Source of the DNA: the human T2T-CHM13v2.0 reference genome, Homo sapiens
Direction: 5' to 3' (one strand)
DNA: 64,000 nt
Assembly (NCBI RefSeq): GCF_009914755.1
Contig: NC_060931.1
Part shown: positions 1 through 13,482 of the stretch, piece after piece
How the letters are laid out: each line of letters opens with the position of its first letter
Position numbering within the stretch: the first letter of the stretch is position 1
Notes under the pieces: generated by a model
The model's input: the letters and a program-made list of their open reading frames with translations, nothing else
What the model was told of the DNA's origin: nothing
The model's database searches: none
Made by a program: the position numbers and the translations under genes

Positions 1-232
1 TGTGGCCTCTGACCCAGAGTTGGATGCCGAGGGAGAAGTGAGCAGTGTTTACAGTGGACTGGCAGGCTGGCAAGAAGAGGGCAAGAGTGCAGGCCTGGGG
101 GAGGCAGAGATAACCCAGGGCGAGTTGCTGGAATCTAAACTCTGCCCGGACTGCTGAGGTCCGTTTTTCAAACCATTATGTTCTGAATCTTGGGTTGGGG
201 ACGATGTCTGGCTGTGCTTCTGACCTCTGTAG

Positions 233-332
233 GAGCTGGTCCTCCACCTTCTCTGGTCATCCGTGGGTGGACTTCTTGGGAGAAAGAACTCAGTGTCGTC
301 TTTGGAGGCAGAGACTCTCCACTGCTTCTGGG
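233..332 (+). other. ZNF316: Candidate non-coding 5'UTR exon of ZNF316
   Basis: Acceptor tgacctctgtAG at 231-232 and donor GG|GTGAGT at 333. Based on splice signals only; no transcript evidence. Confidence 0.4.
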
Positions 333-1390
333 GTGAGTTCCAATTCCAAGGGTCCCCCCAACCCCCTACCCCCAGCAGTGGTCAGTCTGTTCTGGAACAG
401 GACAGTAGGGCCAAAATGCTGAGTTTGAAAAATCCTGTGTCCATCACATTGGCTGGCGACTTTAGACATTCTTTTAGTAAGTATTTGAATGCTTCTTAAG
501 TGCTGGTGTGAGGGGTATTCAGACATGAGCAAAGGGAGCTTCTGCCGCCCAGGAGCTGGCTGTACTCAGGGAGAGAGATGATAAGACAGTCTCATAAGTG
601 TATTTTTAAGATGTGGTGAGTGCTGTGAGGGAAGAATTACAGGGAACTGTGTCACCCACTGGGGCCCAGGGGGCTGCCTCAGAAGACCACCCAGGAAAAG
701 GGGAAGAGAGTTCTGGGGATGGGGAATAACACACACACGGCCTGAGATGAGATGAACATGCAGCCACTTTATTCCAAAGCTGTGAAGTGTTCTTCTGTTG
801 TGTCCTCATATATGGCGGCCTGGCTCTGGGAGTTTAAAGTTGCTGCTTCAGGTGGTGGCCAGGCAGGAGACAGCTCTACTGAGCTTGGCATGGCACCTAG
901 GCCCAGCCTGAATCTGCGGCCTGAGGCTTGAAAGAGAAAAGCCCTCCTCTGGGCCTCAAGTGGGTGGCAGTTGGGAAACCGTTGCTGCGTGTACCCAGCG
1001 CCCTGAGTGCTGGGCAGGGCCGTGTCCTCCTGGAGGTGGCTAGCATAACACGCAGCACGTGGATTTCGACACTTTGGGCATCTTCACACGCCAAAGAGCT
1101 GTGGACACTGAGAAGGTTGGCTTCTGGGAGAGGCTGGAGGTTGGGGTGGCGCTCCCAGGCGTAGTTCTGTGACTTGAGTCTTTGGGGGTTAGTGATTCTG
1201 AAACTAGAAAGGGGGCTGGAGCCAGTCAGGGGGCACGTGTGACCTTCGGGACAGAGGTGGCTTCTGGATGCCTGTGTGTCCCAGCCTTTGACTTGGGTGA
1301 GCCTGTGTGAATGCTCAGAGCTTCCTGGCTATTAAAGTGTGGATTTTAAAGCAACTGCTCAAAGCAGTTCAGGAAATGAGTACGCGCGGC

Positions 1391-2228
1391 TGCTATGGTT
1401 TGGGTGTTTGTCCAGGTGTCAGGCTGTTCTCGCATTGCTGTAAAGAAATACCTGAGACTGGGTCATTTATAAAGAAGAGGTGAGACTGGCGCATGGTTCT
1501 GCAGGCTGTACAGGAAGCATGGTGCTGGCATCTGCCTGGCTTCTAGGGAGCCTCAGGAAGCCTTTAATCATGGTGGACGGTGAGGGGGAGTAGGTATGTC
1601 ACATGGCGAAAACAGGAACAAGCAAGAGAGAGTGAGTGGGGAGGCGCCACACACTTTTAAAGACGACCAGATGTCCTGTGAACTCATTACTCACTGTCTC
1701 CAAGGGGATGGCCCAAGATTCAGGAGGGACCCACCCCCATGATCCAGTCACCTCCCACCAGGCCCCGCCTCCAGCATTGGGGATTACGGTTCAGTGTGAG
1801 ATCTGGGCGGGGACAAACATCCAGGCTCCATCAGTCCCCTTCCAGTCTCACGCTGAAGCATGATTTCCAGTGCTGGAGGCGGGCCTGCTGGGAGGTGATT
1901 TCCAGTGTTGGAGGTGGGCCTGGTGGGAGGGGATTGGCCCATGGAGGCGGATCCCTCATGAATGGTCTAGCACCGTCCCCTTGGTGATAAGGGAGTTCTC
2001 AGTTCACAAGAGATCTGGTTGTTTTAAAAGAGTGGGGCTTCCTCCCTCTCTCTTGCTGCCCCTTTGCCTCCCTCCACGAGTGGAAGCTTCCTGAGGCCCT
2101 CCCCAGAAACAGATGCCGGCGCCATGTTGGTGCAGCCTGTTGAACTGTGAGTGAATGAAACCTTTTTTCTTTGCCACTTACTCAGCCTCAGGTATTCCTT
2201 CACAGAAATGCAGAAATGGCCTAACACA
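1391..2228. mobile_element. Nested MaLR (MST-type) solo LTRs: inner copy ~1415-1833 inserted in opposite orientation into an outer copy 1391-2228
   Basis: Outer starts tgctatggtttgg and ends aaatggcctaacaca, with imperfect 5-bp flanks gcggc/gctgc. Inner has gctgtaaagaaatacctgagactggg...ccatca with flanks gtcca/gtccc. Confidence 0.75.
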
Positions 2229-3015
2229 GCTGCCCTAATTGATAGAGAAGTGATGGGTTATGGAGGGAGAGCTAATCACGGAGCAGCTTTCTCCTGTGTC
2301 CGTAAGAACACCAGGCGTGGTGGTCTGGACTGTTCTCGTGAAGGCCACTCAGTCTTGTTTTAGGAGTTCTGTGGCAGACACTGTCCACTGCTCGAGCTGG
2401 ATGAGCTAGGGTGGGCCCAGTGCTCTGTGTGGCCAAGTGGCCTGACATTCCAGGATGCTTCTGGGGCTCATGGCCTCTCCCCCTGGATTCTGGGCTTGGC
2501 TTGCTTTGGAAATGGCCCTGTTCAGGCCAGAGACACTGATGGTGTGTGTCCTGGGTAATGGGCCCAGTCTCAGGTTTATACCCAGAAAGGAGCCACAGAA
2601 ATGGACTCATCAACGCTATGACTCTGCCGTGCCCTTGGGACCCCACAGGGGCTAGTGAAGGACACGCAGTGGGGAGGGGCGAGGGGTCCCAGGGCCAGCA
2701 GCTCCCATCCTGCTGTGTCCATGGCCCTGGACCCTGGACCCTGTGTCAGTGTGGCTGCCTCTCCCCTGAGCTTCTGGGCTGAGCTGTTACTGATGTCAGT
2801 GAGAGAGTAGGACGCTGTAGCCTCTAGGGCTTTGGTAAGTCAGCCCTCAAGAGTCTCTGATCCCCAAACTTGAAATGTCACAGGCATTTCCTGTCCTCCT
2901 GATGGTCTGGCGATGAGCCGTGTGTCCACCATGCACTGCGCTTTTCACAGAGCGAGGGCTGAGGGCACATGAGGGTGATGCTGGCTCACAGCCCCCACTC
3001 TCCCATGTCCTGCAG

Positions 3016-3153
3016 GAAGAAGCCTGACCTGCCGGCTTCCTGGCACCTGTCTCTCCTCCTAGCCCCGTTGTGCCTTGCAAGTGCCTGCATCCTGTCTGTG
3101 CTGAGACCTCTTGGCGTTCCCTGCTGGCCTGGTTCATGTGTGTTGAGGACCAG
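3016..3153 (+). other. ZNF316: Candidate 5'UTR exon of ZNF316
   Basis: Acceptor tcctgcAG (3014-3015) and strong donor CAG|GTAAGC at 3154, just upstream of the ATG exon. Confidence 0.55.
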
Positions 3154-3600
3154 GTAAGCGTCTCTTTGTCCTGTGTATCAGGTGGGCTTTTCCTTCTGGC
3201 TAAACATGGGCCACCCTCGGGCTGTGTGATGCTTCCTTGTGGATAAAGACTGGGATAAATGCCTGATTTACTCCAGGAAAGAGCAGCAGTTCACACCAGG
3301 CACGTAGTTCTTGGTGAAAAGGAGCTGAGACTGGCATCCCAGGGGTCACGCGGAGGGGCCATTGGGGCAGCCTTTCTGGGTACAGAATGTCTTGATGGTG
3401 CAGGGTAAGATCGTGGGAAGGCCCGGTCCTCCCTCATCTCCATTGCCTTCAACTACATAACAGGAGGAGTAAATCCTGCTCCCTGCGCCCCCGCCAGGCT
3501 GCGGGAGACCCTGTGAGGGGACCGTGTGGTGTGCTGAGAGCAGCCCGTCACTGGCGTCCATCTGCATTTCAGGCCACGTGGAGGCTCGCTCCCAGGGAGG

Positions 3601-3955
3601 ATGGCGGCGCTCCACACGACTCCCGACTCCCCAGCTGCCCAGCTGGAGCGGGCAGAGGACGGGTCAGAGTGCGACCCTGACCAGGAAGAAGAGGAGGAGG
3701 AGGAGGAAAAGGGGGAAGAGGTGCAGGAGGTGGAAGAAGAGGAGGAGGAGATAGTGGTGGAGGAGGAGGAGGAGGGTGTGGCAGAGGTAGTGCAGGATGC
3801 GCAGGTGGAGGCGGTGGCCGAGGTGGAGGTGGAGGCGGACGTGGAGGAGGAGGATGTGAAGGAGGTGCTGGCAGAGGAGGAGTGTCCGGCGTTGGGGACC
3901 CAGGAGCGACTTAGCCGTGGTGGTGATGCCAAGTCCCCAGTTCTTCAGGAAAAGG
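3601..3955 (+). CDS. ZNF316: ZNF316 first coding exon; Glu/Val-rich acidic N-terminus (exon starts 3573)
   Basis: ATG in aggATGG context, reading [11 protein letters not shown]; acceptor catttcAG 3571-3572; donor G|GTAAG at 3956; 355 nt, phase 1. Confidence 0.92.
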
Positions 3956-4145
3956 GTAAGAAAAGCAGCCAGCCTTGGGGAGGAGATGAAGGGGGCTGAG
4001 GTGGGCCAGGCCAGGGACCTGGTCAAGCCAGGAGGCCGACAGGGTGGAGCTGAAACCCAGCTTTGCAATGAGGGTGTTGCCAGGGCTCCTGGCCCTGCAG
4101 GCTGGGGGCTCAGGGCAGCTGGCCCTAAGAGATCTCTCCCCACAG

Positions 4146-4255
4146 GCCTGCAGGCCTCCCGGGCTCCAGCCACTCCTAGGGATGAGGACCTGGAGGAGGA
4201 GGAAGAGGAGGAGGAGGATGAGGACGAGGATGATTTGCTGACGGCTGGGTGTCAG
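4146..4255 (+). CDS. ZNF316: ZNF316 coding exon 2 (GLQASRA...EEEEDEDEDD...GCQ)
   Basis: cccacAG acceptor and CAG|GTGAG donor; 110 nt, restoring phase 0 before KRAB-A. Confidence 0.9.
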
Positions 4256-4874
4256 GTGAGCCGCCCTCTCCGTTTGGGGCTTGGGTAACCTGGGCAGGGT
4301 TTCCCCCGGGGCCTCGGCACCTGCTGTTTGGAGGCGTCTGTTGGCAGCGGCCATGGCACTGGAGTCCCCGGACCAGGCCCAGGCCCTGAGCTGGGAGTGG
4401 CCACAGGAAGCGGCTGGGTGTCCAGCCCCAAGCCCGGGGGTGTGGTCCTGCTTTCCTGGGCGTTGGGTTGTCCTGATTGCTTTGGCTGCCACCCACTCAA
4501 CCGCACTGTGCACAGCGACTTCAGAGGCCTGGCTCTCCCCCAAGGCTGGCCCTCCCCTCACCTGGAGTGCCTGTCACATGTCCAGGGTCTGGGTTCCTGC
4601 TGCCCAGTCAGGTCAGGCACCAGTGCCCACGCTCGGTTTAGTTGCTGCTGCTTGTCCACTCGGGTGTGGGCCCTCCATGGCTGACATGGCCATTGCACTG
4701 GCTTGAGCCAGACTGCATGAAGAGGGGGACTGGGGGCGGGGCTCCCTGTCTCCTGGCCTCTGCTTGAGCCACAGCTCTGCCCTACGAGCTGGGTCGTTCA
4801 CCGTCTTTGAGCTTGAGTCCCCATTCTCTGGCTGGGATCTGGTCCTTGCTTTCCAGGGCTGTGGCAAGGCCTGA

Positions 4875-5384
<510 letters not shown>

Positions 5385-5661
5385 TGAAGCCTCCAGGGGT
5401 GAGGCGGAAGGCGAGGGAGGAGGAGGGTTGTGGGCATCTTGCAGGTGAAGGTGTTGGGGGGGCTTGGTGGGAGGAGGGCAAGGGAGGACAGGGAAAGGTT
5501 CAGAGGGAAGGGACCGCCTGGACCCTCCAGAGCAGGGGTGTGGGAGGGCTGGTGCTGGGAAGATGGAGGTGGAGGGGCACTGAGCGGTGGCACAGCACGG
5601 GCTGCAGGGCAGGGGAGGGCCCACGGGAGCCGCCTGCAGCCGCCGTCTGTTCTCCTGGCAG

Positions 5662-5775
5662 GATACCCAATTCCCAAGCCCGATCTGATCTTCCGGCTGG
5701 AACAAGGGGAAGAACCTTGGGTCCCAGATAGTCCCCGACCTGAGGAAGGAGACATCGTCACTGGCGTCTACACAG
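5662..5775 (+). CDS. ZNF316: ZNF316 KRAB-B exon
   Basis: [21 protein letters not shown]...; acceptor ctggcAG and donor AG|GTGAG; 114 nt. Confidence 0.93.
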
Positions 5776-6525
5776 GTGAGCGTGGATGGAATTTTGCGGT
5801 TTGTGCCGATAGCTTCTCAGAGCTGTTGTCAAACTTTGGCCTTCACTGCGCTCTCTGCAGACCTGGTACCTGGTGCCTCTGACTGCGCCTCTGCCTTTGC
5901 CGCCTGGCTCCTGGTGGTTCAAGTTCCAGAAAGGTCCGAGGGCTGTAAGGTCCTTAGAGAACCTAGAGGCTCCTCCTAGGAACCTTTAAAAATGATACCC
6001 TGCCCTGCGTTGGAGCCTGTGAATTTCTTTGCATGTGAGGGGCCAGCTGTCAGGTGGTCGGCTGAGCCAGGGCAGACCCAGGAGCCCAGCACGCCATCGC
6101 GGAGGCCTTTCTGATGGCACAGTGCTAGCCGTTCCTCCTGCTTCTCCGCCCACTTGGCCATGTCTGGGAAAAGGCTCCCCCCAGCTCCCTTGCTCTCCCT
6201 GGAGCACCATGGGCAGGACTCTGACCGGGATGGGCAGGTTGGGGCATTCTGGAGAGGAGGTTTTGGAGTGATGGGTGCAGAAGGCGTTCAGGGTGGTGAA
6301 TTTCCCTGAAAGCCTCAGGCCCAGCTCTGGCTCTGCTCCTTCAACTCTAAGGCCCCCTTTATTCATCTGAAGAAATTGAACTCAACTCAGGTTCCCACTG
6401 GGGGACGCCACATTGTCAGTTGCGTGGAGGTCCTTAGTGGTGTCTGAGGGGCTCCTAGCGTCAGAGAGCTCTGCAGAGGCCCCTGCCCCACAGGTGTCTG
6501 GTTTGGGGCTAGGTGATGCCGGTTA

Positions 6526-7450
<925 letters not shown>

Positions 7451-10400
7451 TCAGTCAGGAGGGCTCTGGTTGGCAAGAAAGATCACTGCTGCCCCCAGGA
7501 TGAGTCTGGGATGTGGATGACGCTCTCAGGAAGAGAAGGGGACACAGACCTGCGGGGCCCGTCCCTCAGCGTGTGGTCTACTTGTGCTCCTGTTCTCTGT
7601 GCCTCCTGGAGGGTTAGGGGTAGAGCCTTGTGCAGGCTTGAGCCTGAGTGGTTCCCTTTCAGCCCGGGCAACAGTACCCTTGTGGCCTGTGCACCTGGCT
7701 GGGGTTTGAGAGCTACCTGAGGGGCTGGCTGGGCCAGTGCCTCCCGCATCCCCTGCGGATGGTCGTCGTGTTGGGGCTGGCAGGCCTGGGATGCCCCCCG
7801 GCCCTGAGTGGGTGTGTAAAGTCAGTCTCTGAAATGTGATCCATAGCCTGTGTACTGAGTGGCTACCCTCCCCTGATGCTCCCCGCCTCCCCCAGTGCTC
7901 CCTGCCTCCCCTGCATTCATTTCTGGTCGGCTGAGCTGGTTGAGATCGCTGGGGCAGGACAGAGGCTGCCTGTGCCCAGGCTGACAGAGTTTGTTTCTAG
8001 ACTGGAGTCTTGCAAGAGCCAAGTATGTCCCTCTCTTGGGCTCCTTGATGAGTTGGGCCACACATGACATCTGGGCTCTGGCACTGCCCTGATCAGGACC
8101 CACCCCTCCTGAGGGCTGCTGAAGCCCCCACCTGCCCTTCAGCCATGCTCCAGACCCTCCCCTGCCCTGCCTTTCTCCTTACCTGGCTTAGATCCCCGCC
8201 CTGGTTGAACCCTGTTTTCTGCCGGCTCTGGTCTGCACTAGAGCAAGAATGTGCCTGGAGAAAATTGTGGCTGTGGGTGCCTGCCAGTGGCATTGGCCTG
8301 GCGGGCCAGCCCTGTACTTGTGGGACTGCCTTTCCACCCTCCGAGATGGACCCCCTCAGCCACTGCAGACTGGCCCTTCTGAGGTCACCTGCCCCAGTGA
8401 GGGGCAGGCCCAGTGCCTGTCCTCAGAGAGGCCCCTCCTTACAGACCTGGCAGCCTGGCCAAGGCCATGCAGCTGGTTCAGATGCCAGTGCAGAAGCTGC
8501 GCCCGAGAGCCCCGCCTCCCCCAAGCACCAATGTGTGGGGCCAGTGCCACCCTCATCCCCCTGACAGTTTGCAGAAGAGAGTGCTGCTAATGCCTATGGA
8601 CTTGGGCGTGTCACCCTTGTCCTCCACCTCCTTTGCGACTGTCCCCCGTGAGAGAAGATCTCCCTAAGGCCATCTGGAGTTTGTGTCTGAATGGAGAAAG
8701 TTGCACTGGCCGGGTGAGGGGAGGGAGCAGGTGTTGGCTTCACTCGGAACTGACTTCCACAGCCTGCGCTCCAGGCCAGGCCCCAGTGGATGGGTTGTCA
8801 GAGGGAGAGAAGTGGCGCTGTTCAGTCAGCCAACTCCGTGGACTCGCCGTGGGGCCCAGGTCAGGTTGGGCCTGGAGAGCAGGTTCCAGACTCCGAGATG
8901 GGCAGAGGTTGCCCAGGAGTGGGAGTCGTAGATGGTGGCGGCCTGGTGCCATGGGTGGTGTGTGTGGGCTACACCGAGCAGCATCCCTCAGTGATGTGAG
9001 ATGTGTGTGGGGTCCCGTGGCAGGTTGGGACCGTGTCTTCTGGGTCAGGCATGTGGCTGTGGGGCCACTGTCTTCCCCACAGCCGCTGTGATTAGTGTCC
9101 TACATAGGGCCCCCACGCTGTGCCCAGGGCAGGGCACTTACCAGACTGTTCTGGGGGCTGTGCTGCTGGGGACATTGGTTGGCCCCTGGGATCACCACTG
9201 CCTCCCACACAGTTAAACCAGGGCCTGGGGACAGAAGCTGGAGAGCCTGCAGTTGTGTTGGTGGGATTCTGGGTAAATGCCCGGCTTTGGTGATGCCGAT
9301 GAGCACCCTCCCAGGTGTAGGGACCTTTGTGCCTCCAGGGCCTGAGGGCCTTGGCACTGCACCAGCCACTGGTGAGCAGGAGGGCACTAGTGTGGGCTGG
9401 AGGGTGCCCCGCCCCTCCTGTCCAGTCCAGGAGGCAGCCTGCCCCCGGGGCACAGGGCTGGCCAGGGGCCTATCTAGGATTAGGGACTGTGGCCCAGCCT
9501 CAAGAGGAAAGGCCTTGGTGGGGATCTGTGGCCACCAGGACCTGATGGCAGGAAAGGAGCATCGCCTGACATTTGGGGGACAACTTGAGCGGTGACCAAC
9601 AGAAAGCATGGGATGGACAGCAGGGGGCCTTGGCATCTGCAGGGAACTGTGGTGGCAGCAGTGCCACCTGACCCAGGGAGCAGTGGAGGTGCTTCTGCAG
9701 CCGCATCGCAGGTGTTTACGGATGTGCATTTCATCCTGGCAGCAGTCCCACCAAGTGGATTGCAGGTGCTGTTATCAACCCATTTTACAGATGGGAAAAC
9801 TCAGATTTAAGGCCTTGCCCAAGGTCCTATGGCCAGTGCGTCATAGGAGTGGAATTCACACCCAGACAGAGCCCGGGCCCCCCAGCTGCCTTTTGAGGTG
9901 AAGCCAAGGGAGAGAAGGTGTAGCATCCCGGCCTGGCCCCTGCCGTCCTGGCGGAACTGAGCAGATGTGGGGCTTCAGCCTGCAGGAGGGTTGCTGCGGG
10001 CACAGGGGAGTAGTGAGCCTTGAGGGACATCTCAGCATTAAGGTTCAAAGGGGAAGCCTCTAAAGACGCCACTCATGCTAGGGAGCAGCTGTGCCTGGTG
10101 CTGATGCCTGTGGAGGGAGGTGGGGGGATCGTTCCTGTGACAGCCCCAGCCCCAGCCCTGAGCCTTTCATTCATTCCCTTGCACCCAGCCTGCTGGGGTG
10201 GTCTCCCTCTCCATCAGCTCCTGTCACCTGCCGCTGGATGGGGGGGGTCTTAGTGTTCCCAGTTCAGGACATGGGCCGTGAAGGTTCTTGTGGCCATACT
10301 CTGGAAGCTTCTCCCTCCCTAGACAGAGCTGACTTTGAGCCTCTGATCGGCCTCTCCTTTTTATCACTGAGCCCTTGTGGTCCCTCTTCCGGAAGCCTAG

Positions 10401-12247
10401 CTGCATGTTGCTAGGTCAGAGTCCTTAGGCCTAAACGTGAGGTGCAGGGGAGAGGGACCGTCAGTCCCAGGGTCTCCTCTCCTCTGCTGTCCCCTGGGTT
10501 CTGGAGGAAGCAGGTGTGTTGGGTACCCTGGGCTGCTGTCGCATGGTTCCTGCCCCAGTGCCCTCCAGCTGTTGAGAAACATGCACCAGCCCCTCCTAGT
10601 CAGCCTCCTGTTGCCCCGGCTTGGGTCTGATGAGTTGAGCTGTGATGAGGCCTGACTTAGATCTGGAAAAGGGCTTTGGATCTGAGAGCCAGCAAACGCC
10701 CTCGGGGCCTTGTCCCTGGAGCCCTGTTGGCTGAACACCCTCACTCAAGGATGTTCCCGTGGACTTCGACAGAGCCTGGCCTGGGGCAGGCTGGTCTCCC
10801 TCTGGGACCCTTCCCAGGGGCCCTGCTACTTCCTGGGAGCTCCCCTTAGAGTGCAGCCCGCTCAGACTCCCCAGGGACTTGGATGTCCTTCCCCTCCTGC
10901 ACTCGGTGTCAATGGTGGCCTGTCACCATGCCATATGCTGGAGTGTGGCCCACCCTTGTCCCAGTTGTTGGACAAGTGGCCATGCCAGCTCCAGAGCTGG
11001 CGGGGGGTGCCCTCTCTACAGATCCCACTGGGATGGGGGCTCCCTGCCTACCTCCCCAAGTGAGAGGATTCCCTGCTGCGATCAGGATCAAGGGAGAGGT
11101 GATGGGAGGAGCCTCCCAGCTCTGGGCAGCTGAGACTTCTGTGGGCAAGGCCGCCCTTGGCCTGGGAGTCCAGTTCTTTGAGGCTTATTATCCAGTAAAT
11201 GCTCGCTGAGTCTTGGCTGTTTCCTGAGGTACCGATGCACCCCGCTACAAAATCATAGTTGTTCCTAGGCTTGAACCTTCCCCGTTTGGAGGGGTCTCTA
11301 AACCCAAGACCTGCATCAGAGCCTCAGGGTGAGATCCTTTCGAGCTCTCTGCCAGCCTCCCTATCCTGTAGGGTTGGGGTATAGGGCTGGGGTGCAGCAG
11401 CCTTCCCAGACCTGGGGAGTGTGGCTGCCAGTCGGGGAAGGGTGGCCACTGATGGGGACGGGGCTTTTCTTTGCTGCTCTGTGCACGGAGTGGCTGTGGG
11501 TGGCAGTTCGAGGTAGACTCAACTTAGTGACAAGAAACCTTTTTATTTCAAGCTTACGTTTACTATGATAGTAAACCGATAAAGTATCATGAAATGTGAA
11601 AGATGCAGTAACCCGTTTTCTGACCCTTTTCTATGATGCCTGTTTTTTCACAGTGAAGCCGGGCCTGTGTGGGTCTGTGTTTTCCTGCGGCTCTAGGTCC
11701 CCATATGGAATGTATGTGGGACGAGGCAGTGCCAAGGGCATGCAGCCTGGCAGGGGCCAGCGTGCGACATGAGGGGCTACCCGAGGCCTACTGGGACCTC
11801 CTGGGCTCCGACTTTCCCCCTAGGGCAGCACTCAGTGGTCCAGGCTTATCCAGCTAGGTGACGGCTGAAATGGGCAGGGGACCCAGGTGGGGTGAGGAGG
11901 AGATTTCCACACCAGCTGTGGGAGCTGGAACCTTCCAGATGCTGAGACTGTCGGGCAGACACCAGGAGGGTCCATGAAGGTGCCTTAGAGCATCTGGGGC
12001 TGCAGGCCAGGTGTCATCCCTGTGTCCCGTGACTTAGTGCCTGCTCCATAGACACCAGTTCCCTCCTGGGTGCGTCACGATGTCTTAGGTGTTTGAGCCA
12101 TCAACAGGAGCCCCACCGAGCCAGCTCCATCTACATGTTGTTCATTGCCTGCACAGGTGCCTCGCAAGGCTGAAGGGAGAGGGCAGGGGTGCAGCTTGGT
12201 GTGAGAGGGGCAGAATGGGGGAAGCTGAGCAAAGCTTAGAGCTGACA

Positions 12248-13089
<842 letters not shown>

Positions 13090-13482
13090 TCAGCACAGGA
13101 TCCCTGCTTGGGTTTAACCTTCGGTCGCACCCCTTCCTAGAGTTTGCCCCGTTCCTCAGCAGGTGGCAAGCCCTGGAGGGAGCCGGCGGTCTGGAAGAGA
13201 TGTTGGACGGGAGCCCTGGCTTTCCTGGGAGGGACAGTTTCAGGTGCTGCGTGTCCCCAGGTTCCTAGCTGGGGGCGGCGGCTTTCCTGCCTTGCGGCTG
13301 TTCAGGACTGGCAGTGGGACATGGGCAACCGCTCACTTGGTGAAAGGAGGTGCCCCGTCCGACTGAAGGAAGGTCCTGCTGGTGGCGTCTCGGAAGCCCT
13401 GATTTCTCGGGACAGGAACCTGCCAGAGGCTCCTGTCAAGTTCACTTACCTCTCTCTTCTGGCCTGCCTTTGTCACCTTCAG

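Noticed and set aside
13350-13482. ORF-track start of the 813-aa ORF
   Set aside because: Non-ATG start in intron sequence; the real exon begins at the 13483 acceptor. The 53714 start of the ZNF12 ORF is likewise an artefact.
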